This document shows positions 12,059 to 25,908 of a DNA stretch of 64,000 nt, one piece after another. The notes beneath the pieces are model-generated. The model saw only the letters and a list, made by a program, of their open reading frames with translations. It was not told the origin of the DNA and did no database searches. A program made the translations under genes and the position numbers. The DNA is from Octopus vulgaris (Eukaryota): NCBI GenBank assembly GCA_951406725.2, contig OX597820.1, positions 85,870,001-85,934,000 of the forward strand, read 5' to 3'. How positions within the stretch are numbered: the first letter of the stretch is position 1; each line of letters starts with the position of its first letter.

Positions 12059-15000
12059 GCATGTATATATCGGTTGGCGTATGTGTATCAGCAGTTTGAG
12101 GGTCACTATAAAATGTAAACAACGTTTTTGAACCCCAGATTTTATGCCACGATGTAGAAGTGATCTCATTAACTTTATCTATCTTAGACTTCTGAAAAGG
12201 TCTACGAAGAAATAACTCCCACCTCCCACTGACATAGAGCGTTGTAGACTACAACTATTTCTAAATTAGACATCCGGTAAACAGGTGAATCTGTCTTGCA
12301 CATTCTAAAAAGGTTGATTAATTTATTCTTTACTGTCTTCTCTTGTGTAAGATTCTCTCTCGTCTATCACTGGCTCAAGACTAGCCTATAAAAAAACAGA
12401 TTTAATCTAATTACTGTTTCTTTTCGCTGCTGATGTCATCACACGCTCTGGACCCTGTTGCTACTTCGTATCATAGTAGACCAAGTAACTCTACAAAAAC
12501 CCGAAACTCCCGAACTAGGTTCTCACGACCGTATGTTGTTTGAAGTCATATCATGACATATCAGTGGATATAATAATATTTATATTGGAATTGTTTTCAC
12601 TAACTACACAAATATGTCAGTGTCCTCTTATACAGCTCCTTTGGTTAGTGTTTTCAACATTATTTATTCGTTTGCTGATATCATATTTAGAATATAACGT
12701 CCCTTCATATTCCACTTTGTTTCTTACAAAGATGAGAAATCTGAGAATTGCTCAAATGCAGTAATGATTATTTGGGCTTTCACTTGCAGCAAGTACGTAT
12801 TTGAATTAATTAATATTTATATCAAGAAATAAAGGTAGACATTATGATGTATGCAGAACCTCCAATAAATTCTTACAACAAATCCATTGATATTTTGATT
12901 TAACATTTAAATGCCCAAGCCTTTAGAGGAAACCAAAAATAAAGTTTCAAAGTTGCATTCTACGGAGAAAGCATTAAATGCTTTTTCGTTAAATGCTTGT
13001 ACGTGTGTGGCTGTATGTGTGTGCGCACGCGAAGAGACATTTGAATTTAATTACAGTAGATATTTTGCATAGTATAGGCTTCGTCATGAACGTTGTGTCT
13101 TTTTACTTCAGATCATTTGTAAGTGTTGTTGAACAGATAGATAGCGGAGAAAGAGGATACTGTGTATTGATACAGAAAAGTGTTCGTAGGATTGTCAACA
13201 AGTGAAGTTTTAATAAAATTCTAGTGTTATTTAGAATCTCTGTAGAAGATGTTGTAGAATTTTTAGCAGCTTCATAGTCCATAATATAAGAACAGAACTG
13301 AATCTTATGGTTGGTGAGTAAGTTCTCGTAAAGTGATAGAAAATTCTTACTAGATGCATTCCTACAAATACGTAACAGGGTTCTTTACAAGTAGAGAAAC
13401 TAAAAAGTGAAGAGCAAAATATATTTTCCGAAAAAATCACTTACATCATACTTTGATTGATTTTTAGAAATTTACCCACACAAGTGTACACATACTTTGA
13501 TTGCTTTTTAGAAGTTCTGTAGCATGACGTCGGCCACAGTCTTTACCTTCCATATCCGTAAAAGAGATCCAATGACGGTTCTCAGCTCGCCGAAGAAGTC
13601 TATATATGTTCACTAGAAGTGTTCTAATTTGCAACTATATCTTCCTCAAATTACATCCCCGTGTCTTAATCAAATAGAAGAAACATTGGATAAATGCAGC
13701 TGCCGATATCTGAAAAATATGATGGATGATCATGGCTGGAATGTTTTCTATGATAGAGATGCTGATTCATTGTAAACCTAGTTGCTAAACAACAACTCAG
13801 TTTTATAATTTTCCATATTCTTTAGTGTGATGGCGTCTTTAAAGATTACCGGGAGATTCTAAATTCTGACATACAATGATATTTTCGCTCTCGTATTGAA
13901 TCACCCAGCATGCATTTCTAAATTACTTGCAAGTCAATTTTGTAATGCAGTTTTGATTGGAGTTATGTATATGTAACTGATGGAGTTATGTATATGTAAG
14001 TCTTGCAAGTCGTCACTTCCCTTAGTAAAAGCATATAGTTCCTTTCTAATATTATAAAAAGAAAGTTTAAGGTCAACTGAATCGACTTCTGTTTCATTTG
14101 GCGCATTGTTCTGTTTGAATTCTGTGTGCGCGTCTGAGTGTTCGAGCGCGCATTTATGTATGTATGTATGTATGTACGTAGGCCTACATGTATGTATGTA
14201 GGCATGCATATTTGAATATATGTATGTATATATGTATGTATGTATGCATGCATGTATGTATGCATGCTTGTATGTATGTATGTTGTCATGCATGTATGTA
14301 TGCGTATACATAATATATAAAGAGAGTGGATAGAAAAAGAGAGAGGGAGTGATAGATAATTAGATAGATAGACAAACAGCCAGACATAAGACAGACAGAC
14401 AGACAACAGACTGATAGATCGATAGATAGATAGAGAGATTGATACATACATACATATACATACATATATATATGTACATATTTGAATGTGTATGTATGCA
14501 TACAAGACAGAGTAACAGCTGAATAATACTTGGTACTAACTATTGCAATAGTAAGTATAAAGCAAATTTTTATTGTTGTCGTTATTCATGCTGCTGTTGA
14601 TTAGAATGCTGATACTATTGATTAGATGTATATTACGCGTAATGGAATCGACCTATGATCAAACGCTTTCCAACAGTGTCATAATGTTCATACAGAGAGC
14701 TGTATCGTCATCATCGCTTATTTATTTCTACCTCCATTTAAAGCAGTATTAAGTGTTAAATGAAATGTGGTTCTTTCAGGTTCAATGACCATGTAGATGT
14801 TTGTTGGTAATACAATAGTAACAGTTGGTCCCCTCCACTAAACTCCCCTCTCTAATATTGGCGAAGATGCATCACATTTGTTTGTCTGCTTTGTAAAGTA
14901 TGCTACAATACTGCGGATATCAATAGATTGCGATTGATAAACAATAGGAATATATTTATTACAATTTTGTTTCTTTCTATTTTCTCCTTAGTTTCAATTA

Positions 15001-15819
15001 TCTTCTGTGTAATGAATAATGGTCGAATTTAATTGAACAAGAATTTGATTTTCCTGAAAGATTTCAATTCAATTTTAGATTTCATTAGTAACTTAATGTA
15101 CGTTCACTTCGAACTAATTGTCAAAGTGAAAAACCAAATGAAAAGAGAAAATGAAAATAGCGTAATGTATAATAGAGAAAATAGAAAATAGAAAACATTA
15201 GAACCGATATGAAAAGAGACGAAGCGATAAAATAAGAACAATAGTTACTAAAAAATTAATATATCTATGGAACGTATGATAAAGAAGACATTGATAATAT
15301 TAATAACGGTGCCAATTGGCAGACAAGCGTTCAAAATTAAAACATTCATAGCAACAATCATTGAAAAAATACCGCAATCAATTATTTAATGTTCGATTTT
15401 TTTTCTAAAATGACTTATAACTGATTTGGTGTTATGATAAACCATAAAACAATATTCGTTGTATATCAGGACTATACCTCTATCTCTAAATTTGAAACAC
15501 GGTACAGTGGAAAATAGAGATATACTCACAGAAACGCTTGCTGTGTACCAGGAATTTTTAGTTCCCAGAATACTTATATGTCATTCTAGTCCTTAACGAT
15601 TTTAGGAGAAGACATATGACATGAAAGCGTTATGAAAAATAGGGTACTCATTGAAAGGTCTCAGCTTGTAGGGTCATTTCAAGATATAATCTGAGGGTAA
15701 TACTGTTGTGGCTGATTTCAAACCGGTTTTTTTTTTGTGGGCCAGTGTCTCCGGTAAGAAGAAAACATGAGTAGCGTGAGAAGCCGTTGTTTGAAAATAA
15801 TAAAAATAGTCTAGTAGCT

Positions 15820-16025
15820 GTTTTTAACAGAGGCACCATGTTTGAAACAAGAAGAGAGAGTTAGTCGATAGTTTCAATTTCGGTAATTAACTATTAATTT
15901 ATGATATCGTTCCTGAAAGGATGAAAGAAGGCAAAATTGACCTCTGCTAGATTTGAACAAAGAAAGCAAAGATCCTAATGAAATACCTCAAGGCATTTCC
16001 TGACATTCTAATGATTCCAACACCC
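15820..16025 (-). mobile_element. Degenerate SINE family B copy
   Basis: gaaaggatgaaag..ggcaaaattgacctc...atttgaac matches 45360-45410. Confidence 0.55.
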
Positions 16026-17264
16026 TCTCATTGCTACAACATATTATTTACTGAAGATACCCAGCAATTGTATCATGTTTAGTCCCTGAATGAGTAGTCC
16101 TAGGGTGAAAGGTGTTCAAATACCACGTCTTATATTCAGATATTATGTATCTTAGAAAACACTGTCCAACATGTCTTTCCTTTCGAAAGACTGTTTCATG
16201 TGATTTAAGAGAAATTTGGCTGCTATATGTGACAGGTCAAGTGAACACAGAGAGGGTCTCGTTTTCGGTCAAGATGATGGTATTAACGAGCTGTTGTGTC
16301 TCTCAACAAATATAAATTGAGAGTACGTTCTTGTGCTTCATTCCTTCATTCTCATTTAGATTACATTGCTTACTTAAAATTTTTCTGAATAGTTTTGAAT
16401 ACGATCAATACATGTCCGAAGTTTTTTAAACGGCTTTCACTTTAATTAAAGGTTATTTTCTCCTCATTTCTCTATTATCTTGGAACTCTACCAATTCTCT
16501 GATGTAAGGAATCATGCCATTTAATTTTTTGATAAAATCGTTAATCTGAGAAAATTAGTTTTGGTCGACGTCTAGAACAGTTAGACGATAGAAGAATGCA
16601 CATGGGGAAGTGCAATAGAATTGCGCATTAAACGTGTACAGTAGAAATGAGCAACAGAAGAGTAAAATGGAAGAGTGGAACAGAAAATGCAGTAAGAGAA
16701 TGCATGAGGTGAGTTAGTATGGAATAGCAGTATGCAATAGTAGAATATTATATAGTTCACTAGAAAACAGCAATTGAAGTGTGCTCTGATAGGAATTAAT
16801 ACGAGAGTGCAATATATGAGTGCAACATTCAACAGAGAAGTACTGCTATACATCCCTTATATAATAATCATTATTTGGAAAGTAGAAAACATTTTAATAA
16901 TGACAAATAATAAATACAATACCAGATCAATTCTAAGATTTAAAAACGGAGAAAGCTACTGCAAGATATCATGCTACATACATATATAGGAACATTTCAT
17001 TAAACACTCCTGGATGTGCAATATAATGAATATTGCTTCGTCTTGAGGTAATTAAGAGGTTTAACTGTTCAGGACATTTCTCAACCTGGTGAAATTAGAT
17101 GGGTAGATACAGAAAATCTGCTGTATTATTAAATGAAAATAAGGAATACTTCTTTTAATATGTTCATAGTGTTAAACTTATGCTTCCATTTTTTCAGACA
17201 CTGTAGATAAAAAATACACACATATACATAAAATATGAGTGTGTATATATATATATCATTTATC

Positions 17265-18290
17265 TTTTACTTGTTTCAGTTGTTTGACTACGGCCATGCC
17301 TGGGCACTGGCTTAAAGTATTTTAGTCGTACGAATTTTTAAGCCAACTACTTTTCCTAGCGGTCTCCTTCACTGAACACCACTAAGTTAGGCCGGTTGTG
17401 AGGCGGTGATGAGAAGCAAAAACAGACAGAAACACACACACATACATACATACATACATACATACATACATACATACATACATACATACATACATACATA
17501 CATACATACATACATACATACATGGTGGCAGCCCCCTCGTTATCGAGTATGGCCATTGCACGAAGCTTAATCAATGTTGTTATCGTGCAATGCCTGTGCA
17601 AGAAGATATTTTTTTAAGTGAAGAAAGGCTGTGCACTGAGTCAAGTCAATCCCACTCACTAAGCAACAGCAGCCATAATCCGAAAAGAAGGACAAGTCAA
17701 CATCATCGGTAACCACTGAGCCGCAGGTTTTATGTCGGAGTTATCCCAGTTACCTGAGTTGCCTTCTCCTATAAGGATGCCCTGACAAAGGCTAGGAGTC
17801 CTTCACTCCCAATGGTTTAACTGCGCGATCGGGTATTCAATGCGATTATTTCTATGTCCCCGCGCATGATACAGCTTTAAGACATTTATTGGATGTTAGT
17901 TGACTCTCAAGAGTTCCTCCGCCCTTTGACGGGCTTTGTTTTTCATCCCGCAGGTTGACCAATAAACACTCTCCTCACCAAGCGAGCTTGGTAGGGTTGC
18001 CGGTTTAGTCGCCGTCGACCCCACCATGCAACAGGTAGTACTGGGTTACATGTTACCAGTAGCACTCGAAAGTGACCTGACATAATACATACATACATAC
18101 ATACATACATGCATACATACATATATATATATAAGACGCGCTTTTTTCAGTTTCCGTCTACCAAATCCACTGACACAACCCTGGTCGCACGGAGGCTATA
18201 ACAGAAACACTTGCTGAATGTGTCATGCAGTGTGGAATTGAACCCGGAAATAAATGTTTGGGAGGCAAGCTTCTTATCACGCAGCAAGTA
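17265..18290 (-). mobile_element. SINE family A copy split by a nested insertion (3' half 17265-17440, 5' half 18135-18290)
   Basis: tttacttgtttcagt...cggccatgc is the tail and ttcagtttccgtctaccaaatccact...ggaattgaacccgga is the head. Both match the reverse complement of 36470-36879. Confidence 0.75.
17521..18081 (-). mobile_element. Non-coding, GC-richer retroelement, probably an RTE-derived non-autonomous element, inside (TACA)n
   Basis: 560-bp complex sequence with (TACA)n on both sides. The motifs cggcgactaaacc and ctagcctttgtcagggcatcc...ggagaaggcaactc resemble RTE 5' UTRs (from recall). No ORF. Confidence 0.55.
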
Positions 18291-18939
18291 AATTATGTAT
18301 ATTAAATATATATATATATAATTTAATTTGCACAATTTTAAAAAAGTGCTACTAATAGTCTCATGCTGTAGAGATACAATACCTTGACAGAATTACATAA
18401 CATGCCATGTGTCTCCAAGCAATGTTTCGGCTCAGTGTCTACCGTTAATCTCCTTTCAAAACCAGGACGCTGGACTATGAGAAAGCATTTGAAATAATGT
18501 GCAGAAAAGACACGTTAAACGTTGATGGAAGCAGTGTAACGAGAAGGAAGTCTGTGAGATTGCTGCTCAGTGCGAAGAGGGAAGTGTTCTTGTTTATGTG
18601 CTTTCATTTGCTAAAATATTCGGATCTGGAATAAAGTAATGAGGGGAAAATTTGGGTTCTAAATACAATTGCAATCTTTCAGCAACTAATTTCCAAGTTG
18701 CTACACAAGACAGAAGGTTGTGCACATCATCTCAGCCTATAGTGTTACGATTATTTTTGGACAACTGTAGTTGAGAATTCAATATTTGTTTTACTTTTCT
18801 CGATAACATCAGTGAATCTTGCTACTATATGATGTCTATCGATAGACCTTACGCACAATTTCTTACTTCTTTATTTATATAATATCACTTATAGCAAAAA
18901 CTCTTTTGTAACACCTATACAATTATGCTTCAGTTTTAA

Positions 18940-19790
18940 ATTCCAGTGCTGTGGAAATGTCATCCATGAAAGTTAGGGATAATTTTACCATAGTGTACAG
19001 GAACCCCTATCTTGTTGAAAGATAACATCTGCACCTATATCCCGTGTTCGTGGCACTGCATACAGGCCCGAAATTTCAAAGTACTTTCATGACGTCACAG
19101 TCAGCTTTGTGGGGAAGAACGTCCCTATAACTCCAACATGTGTGAGGGCACACCAGATATTCACTTTGGGGTGGCATGTTCATGCTCAATGTAGATATGT
19201 GGTGGTTCTCCAGCCTACATCCTGATGCTATGACGATGAAGAATGCAGCCTCACCAGTGAATACACTGTTCTTTGGGAATTGCTCATTATTGTTCAGCGC
19301 ATCAAGCATGTCTGTAGGAAAATCAAATGTTTTGGGTCTATCGCTAAGGTGGATTTTCTGTAACAACGGTAGTTCTACAACTGTAAATCGGAGACGTTTC
19401 TTCAAGAGTTTGTAAATTGTGGTTTTCATAAGACCTGATTGCAGGAACAAACGTATGTAAGAATCGTTTAGTTTCAAAAGACTGGACACTAACCGATAAC
19501 TTGCCGAAATATTATGTATGCAATACGCTATCAGTTTCTTTAAGCTGGCGATCCTAACAGTGAGTGTTGTTTTTATGTGGTGGCTCTTCATTAAACACGC
19601 GAGGATATTCACGTAAAGCACGCGTCACAGATTGATTTTTGGGAGCCAGAAAATGCATTGAACTCTCCTTTGGCCCGACCACAAACCTGGCAGATGCATC
19701 AGCTTCGCATGTCATCGTTCGTGGAACCGTCACATGACAAGCAGTTGGCACATCTCACGTTCGTTTTCTTCATTCATCCGATTAGACGAA
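18940..19790 (-). pseudogene. Decayed Tc1/mariner-superfamily transposase (DUF4817-type HTH plus DDx catalytic domain)
   Basis: Fragments RALREYPRVFNEEPPHKN...QLKETDSV, YKLLKKRLRF...LLQKIHLSDR...FTGEAAF (FSDEAxF motif), PKVNIWCALTHVGVIGTFF and VIFQQD. Confidence 0.8.
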
Positions 19791-20001
19791 TGGAGAGCAA
19801 CAAATGGAAGCCACTTCGAACTTCGTCAAAGTGTACACAAAGTTTATTAGTCTCATATCCAACATCTATTTGAAATGCGTAGTGTTGCAAGTTGTATCAA
19901 TAGATTGTCAGCGTAATTATATACTCCTTCTTCCTAACTCTGTAAGCGTATGCAAGCGTATGTAAGCGTATGTATGTATGTAAGTATGTATGCTTATGTG
20001 C

Positions 20002-20047
<46 letters not shown>

Positions 20048-22311
20048 CTGCCGACACTTCAGGAAGTGGTCGCCGTAAACGTAAAAATTATGGTGTATGA
20101 CATTGTAATATAAATGAAAATAAATTATGAGAATGTACCAGTCTCCATATTCTCCATCGTTATAACTATTCATTTTCAACCACCCTTTATTTTTACCTTC
20201 ATTTCATGTTAACCTCTACCCGATTACCTTTTTATTTTATTTTATTTTATTTTTATTTTTATTTTTTTTTTAATTTTATTTTTTATATTTTATTTCTTAT
20301 TTTTATTTCTAATTCTTATATTTACCCTTATTCTTACTTCTATTTTTACCCCTGTTTTATTACTTTATATCTCTATATATGTCTATTTTTAGCACTTTTT
20401 TCCTTATTTACTTATCTATGTATCCGCTTTATGCTTATACGTGTGTCTGTGTATGTATGTATAGGTATATATGTGTATGCGTATGTATGAGTAAGTATCT
20501 GTGTTTATATGTGTACCCCATTGTTATACTTTTTAAATAATTTTTTTACATGCTTTTGTATATTTTTTATATATTTTTTATATATATTTTTTATATTTTT
20601 TATATATTTTATATATATATTTTTTATATATTTTTTTATACATCTTTTAATATCTTATATCTATACCTATATGTGTGTGTGTCTGTGTATGTAAGTGTAT
20701 GTGTACACGCACATATAGACACACAGATGTGTGTGTGTGCGTGTGGATACGTGTGCGTGGGTCCGTGTATATGTATATATGCGTATATGTATGTACACAT
20801 GTGTGTGTATATATGCACATATATATGTGCGTGTGCGGGTATGTGTGTGTGTATGTGTGTGTATGTATATATATGTGTATTTGTGTGTATATATATATAT
20901 ATATATACATATGTGTGTATATATATATGCGTATATGTGTGTGCGTGTATATATATGTATATGTATATTGTCCGTGTATATATATGTATATGTATATTGT
21001 CCGTGTATATATATGTATATTCTGTTATAATTTTTTGCCCGCAAGTTTCTTACGTTCATGTCTACCTTCTGTACCCACTATAATTCTGTATCTTGCCCGT
21101 GTGCGAGAATGGATCTTTTTGTTATACCTGTGTCTGTGCATATACATACTTTTGTGTATAGGCATAGGGATCTACTCCCCCATGTGCGTGGGTGTGGGCG
21201 TGAGTGCAGGTGTATACATATTTCTGCCCACACGCATAGAGATTCACTTCGTCTTGTGCATGCGTGTAAGTGCGAGTGTGCCTATATGAACGCATGTGCG
21301 TGTATGTATATACGTACGTATGCGCGTCGGTTCGTGTACCCAACTACATGCGCCTTTTTCTACAAATATCTGGATATGTTTACACGAGAGCACGTATGTA
21401 TGCTTGTATGCGTGTAGTTGCGTATGCGTGCGTATATGTACGCGTTTATATGGGTGTATGTATCCAAGCGTCTACGTATGTACATGATGACCACTTGATA
21501 CGTTACGAGGAACTAGATAAGCGGTTTAACCAAACAACTCTAATTTACAATACACTAGGTCCCCAATTGCTATTTTTACTAGGTTGATTTATGACACCCA
21601 CGGCTTCTACAACCAGAATTTGTCATTTTCCTGACCACCATGTTGGTCCGTAACAACTTTATATCCCTTATCCTTATATTCTTTTACATCTCTATATTCT
21701 TATATCCTCTATATTTCTTATATTTCTGATAATTTTTTATATTTTTTTTTATTTTTTTATATTTTTTTTGTTTTTTTAAATATTTTTTATATTTTTTTGT
21801 TTTTTTAATATTTTTTATATTTTTTATAACTTTATATATTTATATCTTTATATATTTATATTCATTTATTTTTTTTTATATCTCTTTATCTCTTTATACT
21901 CTATATTTTTATATTTTTCTATACTTATATTCTTATTTTTCACATTTTTATATTTTTTTATCCTTCGTCCTGAATTCTCGCCCCTCCATCTTTATCCCTA
22001 TTTACCCTTATTACCAGGTTCCTTCACGTCTGTCTGTATTTATATATGTATATATTTATTTATTCATTTATTTATATTACCTCAACATCCAAACTTCCTC
22101 ATTCTACATTGAGAGAAGGACGAGATGGACGCTTCATTTTTATGCTGTTGCCGCATTATGTCGTACGCGAATGAGAGGATTTGCATCCCCAACGTAGAAT
22201 TTTTGATGTAATACATGTCCTTGAGGTAGTAATTGTGCGTGGCTGAAGAAGGCCATAGACACACACTATGCATTGTTATAAATCCGTCTAATAAAGGCCC
22301 GAAACATATGT
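20048..22311 (+). mobile_element. Putative non-coding PLE-derived or retrozyme-like element with T-rich and degenerate (RY)n blocks, ending in an HHR
   Basis: Bounded by (TA)n tracts. Its layout (degenerate GT/AT block, then T-rich block, then HHR) mirrors the 3' UTR of the PLE at 10900-11975. Confidence 0.45.
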
Positions 22312-22312
22312 T
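22238..22312 (+). ncRNA. Hammerhead ribozyme-like motif with extended stem II, 3' arm truncated
   Basis: CUGAAGA(22243)-A-GGCC-AUAGAC...GUCUA-AUAAA-GGCC-C-GAAA(22301)-CAUAUG-U, with a palindromic ACAUAUGU stem III. The 3' strand of stem I is absent. Confidence 0.6.
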
Positions 22313-22659
22313 TGTATATATGTGTATATGTATATATATATATATATATGTATGTGTGTATATGTATATATATATATGTATAAGCGAGAGTCTTCTTATT
22401 TACCTAAAACTCTATTCTATTATTCTATTTATTCATTTATCTACTTTATCACTGATTCTTTTGACCACTCCCCTAAGAAAGACAGTTTGCGCCATGCCTA
22501 CCGCAAAAAAAGTCCCCCACCACCACCCATTTAAATCTGCCTAAATGTATAAATGCCAAAACTATTCTTGACACCAAGCTTCCTGGTGATTTCATTTGAA
22601 TGAAACAGTTCTAGTCCTGTAGAAGCTCCTTCTATAAAATAAAAATATATATATATATA

Positions 22660-23670
22660 CTAGCATTGAAGACCCGTCGTTGCCGAGTCATAGTGCTAGT
22701 GCATATATATATGTGTATATATATGTGTACATATTACAGGTACATCTATATATATATACATCTACATATAAAATACAAAATACAAAGTTATATCTTGATA
22801 TCGCTAGTGACAACAATACTCAAAATATATAACAGACTGGAATTGTTAGCCCGTCTCTTGTAATTTCGATCAATTGTATCTTGTCCTCCCTCTTGTATAG
22901 AAGTGTGGCTACAATCTACTTCGGGGGAGGGGATTTTTTATGTTTTATTCCGGGACGTCCTACATCCCAGATATAAAGGTAAAAATAAAATATTTCCACT
23001 TTGCAAGTTCGAGTCGAGTACTACCTTGCACGCTCCGTTGACTCGAACCTTGCTTCTATTATGGCGAATTTACCGCCTCTGATTAGATATTTTTCATAGT
23101 CGCACCAAGACACTTTTCGAAGTTCTTTCCTCCAGGTGTTCAAATCTTCTTTTTTTCTCTACATTGTATACTTTATAGACAATAGTCTTTTCTTTAATTT
23201 AATTTTTTATTATCCATCTGGACTATTCCATTTCTGCACGCTAATTTTATTTTTAATTTATTCCCATTCATGTGAAACCACCTATTCAAGTCATTGTCGC
23301 AAGTTTATACCAATTGCTATTTTTACTTTTGTTATGTTACGATTATATTACACTTTAGTTTGATTGTAATTATTACTTACTACATATAATTCAATTGTTA
23401 TTATCATTTTTATTGTATTTAAAGTGAAAGTATCTGACATAAAATAGAGAAACATTTTTGTTTCACTTTTAACACGTAATACTGAAATAGTGGAGAAGAT
23501 ATGATATTTCTATGGGCTCGCTCTAGGCAAGAAGTTGACATTTTTTTGCCCATAAAACAACATGGAACCTATGTAAGGCATGCGTAAAATTTGAATGAAA
23601 TTGGTTGTGTAGTTCTCAAGTTTTAGGGAAACACACAGACAGACACACATTCTCAGTTTTATATACATAA

Positions 23671-23673
<3 letters not shown>
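22660..23673 (-). mobile_element. Non-autonomous Helitron (about 1.0 kb)
   Basis: The minus strand starts A|TCtttatgtatataaaactgagaatgtgtgtctgtctg and ends with the hairpin actcg-gcaacga-cgggt followed by CTAG|T. It is inserted at an AT within (TA)n with no TSD. Confidence 0.8.
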
Positions 23674-23725
<52 letters not shown>

Positions 23726-25227
23726 TATATATATATATATATATACATACATACATACATACATACAAGGGTTTATGAAAAGTCTAGAGACCACCGCCTC
23801 CACCCCAAAAAATAATAATAAAACATGGTGCAAGACTTCTGATGAAGGTACAATACTTCAAGGCTCAAAACCTTCACACCCAGATAGATAAAGAGAGAGA
23901 GACAGAGACAGACAGACAGACAGAAAGAGAGGCAGGCAAATAGACAGACAGAATATCTCTAAATACTGTCAACTGAACACAACGTACTTAGACATCTCAT
24001 TGAGTGGGACAAATACAAAAGAAAAATTGCGCAAAACTATCATCTGATAGATTTAGTGATAAGACCAGTCTCCTTTGCATCATTTAAAAATATTTTACGA
24101 AAGTTATATTATTGCAATACATTTCACACCATCAGGCTATAGATGTTAATACAAAGATAACCATCCCCTCACAACACGAAGTGAGACTAGACAATTGAAT
24201 TTGAAATTATAGAATGCGAAGATGTATAGAGTTTACATACTTTATTTTTTATTACAAAGTTCTTACAGTTTTTATTCAGTGGTAATCTAGTCTAGCACTA
24301 TTTCATTCATTTTGGAGATCTACAGTATGATTTAACTGTAACTCATTAGTTACAAACGTGACGGACTGTGACGCCATGAAAATCAAAAATGATATTAATT
24401 ACAATCTGGTGTGAATTCGTTCAATGCTTTTTCATCAGATTCTTTTTTCTGCTGGAAACTTTATGTATATTATGAATCGATAGAAAGAAAGTACAATCTT
24501 CGTGTTTACGAACAAACAAATAGCTGTTTCAAGGCGTATTGTATTGCAGTTATCTCATTTAGTGATTTTTATATTTTATCAACTTTAGAAGGAGATTTAG
24601 TGTAGTAATAACAGGAATAATATCAGATAATGGATATTTTTTCAACTACCCATATTACATAAGTGATAACTTATACAAGTAGATCTATAGATTGCAAACT
24701 ATTGAGAGATCCCCTTAAGAAAATAATCAATCCCCATTGAAACATACATATGGAGAAAAAGTATTCCTTCATTTATTAGTCTTTAGCATCACATGATCAG
24801 TAGAATTGCACATTTATCCTGATAGCTTCCAATATAACTTTCGATTTCTATGTCTCCATTGACATCAAAAAAATTTGGTGAGACAAAGTTCAACTCCATC
24901 ACGTCACAACAAAGTGACAGACTGTTTCGCTTCTGACATCACACAGCATTCTTCAACTCTTGGAGATTTTTTGTTACTTTCTTATTTTAAATTATGTTTT
25001 TCCCATTATTCCGGTATAATGAATCTAAATTTATTATCTCCTTTTCTCTGTGATGTCTCTCTATCACGCTGTTTTTCTAACTCTGTTTCTCACTTACTGT
25101 TCCTCTCCCTCTGTTTTTCACCCTTTCCCCCGCTATCTCTCTTCCTTCTTTCCTTCTCTGTTTCCAAACACATACACATATATCTTCATATACGTGCGTG
25201 CGAATTTAAATGTATATATATATATAC

Positions 25228-25261
<34 letters not shown>

Positions 25262-25392
25262 ATATATACATATATGAACATAATACAAGTGTGTGTGTTC
25301 TCTCTCTATTTATATACATTAACATATACACATACATACAAGCAAGCTCACCCACCCAAACACAGACAAACTCACAGACACACATACATACA

Positions 25393-25437
<45 letters not shown>

Positions 25438-25851
25438 ACATATTCCTCCGTTTCCCAGTATATTTTTTAGGAAATTTTTTACATATTTCATTTTATTCTT
25501 TATTTATGTGGTTTATCCTTCATCGATTTTTTGTCGTGTTTTTTTTTCCTCCGATTTTCATAGAGATTCTGATATAACCTCGATGACCCGCCTTTGGCAG
25601 AAGCCACATATCCATCCAAAATTATGTCAGCTAGTTATATAAATGTTCCTTATCAAGAAAAATGAGATGATCACAAATTGAAAATAATATCGGTAACAAC
25701 GACAACAACGTCAACAAAAGCAACAAAAATACTAATATTGATAACTTGTTACTCCAACCACAATTCATTCACTGAACGTTGCTGCGAAAGCGTATATATA
25801 AGTGTTTGTACATATATACATGTATATACATATATGTATGTATGTATACAC

Positions 25852-25908
<57 letters not shown>

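Noticed and set aside
13446-14000. Short local direct duplications (catactttgattg.ttttagaa twice; tggagttatgtatatgtaa twice)
   Set aside because: Two-copy slippage duplications with no spacer array, so not CRISPR-like and not otherwise informative.
18466-18633. Open frame TLDYEKAFEIMCR... after a possible acceptor, resembling a cadherin LDYE or LINE RT DxxKAFD motif
   Set aside because: No further cadherin or RT motifs follow, and there is no clear donor site.
23839-23875. CUGAUGAAGG hammerhead-like start
   Set aside because: No downstream GAAA with closing stems II and III.
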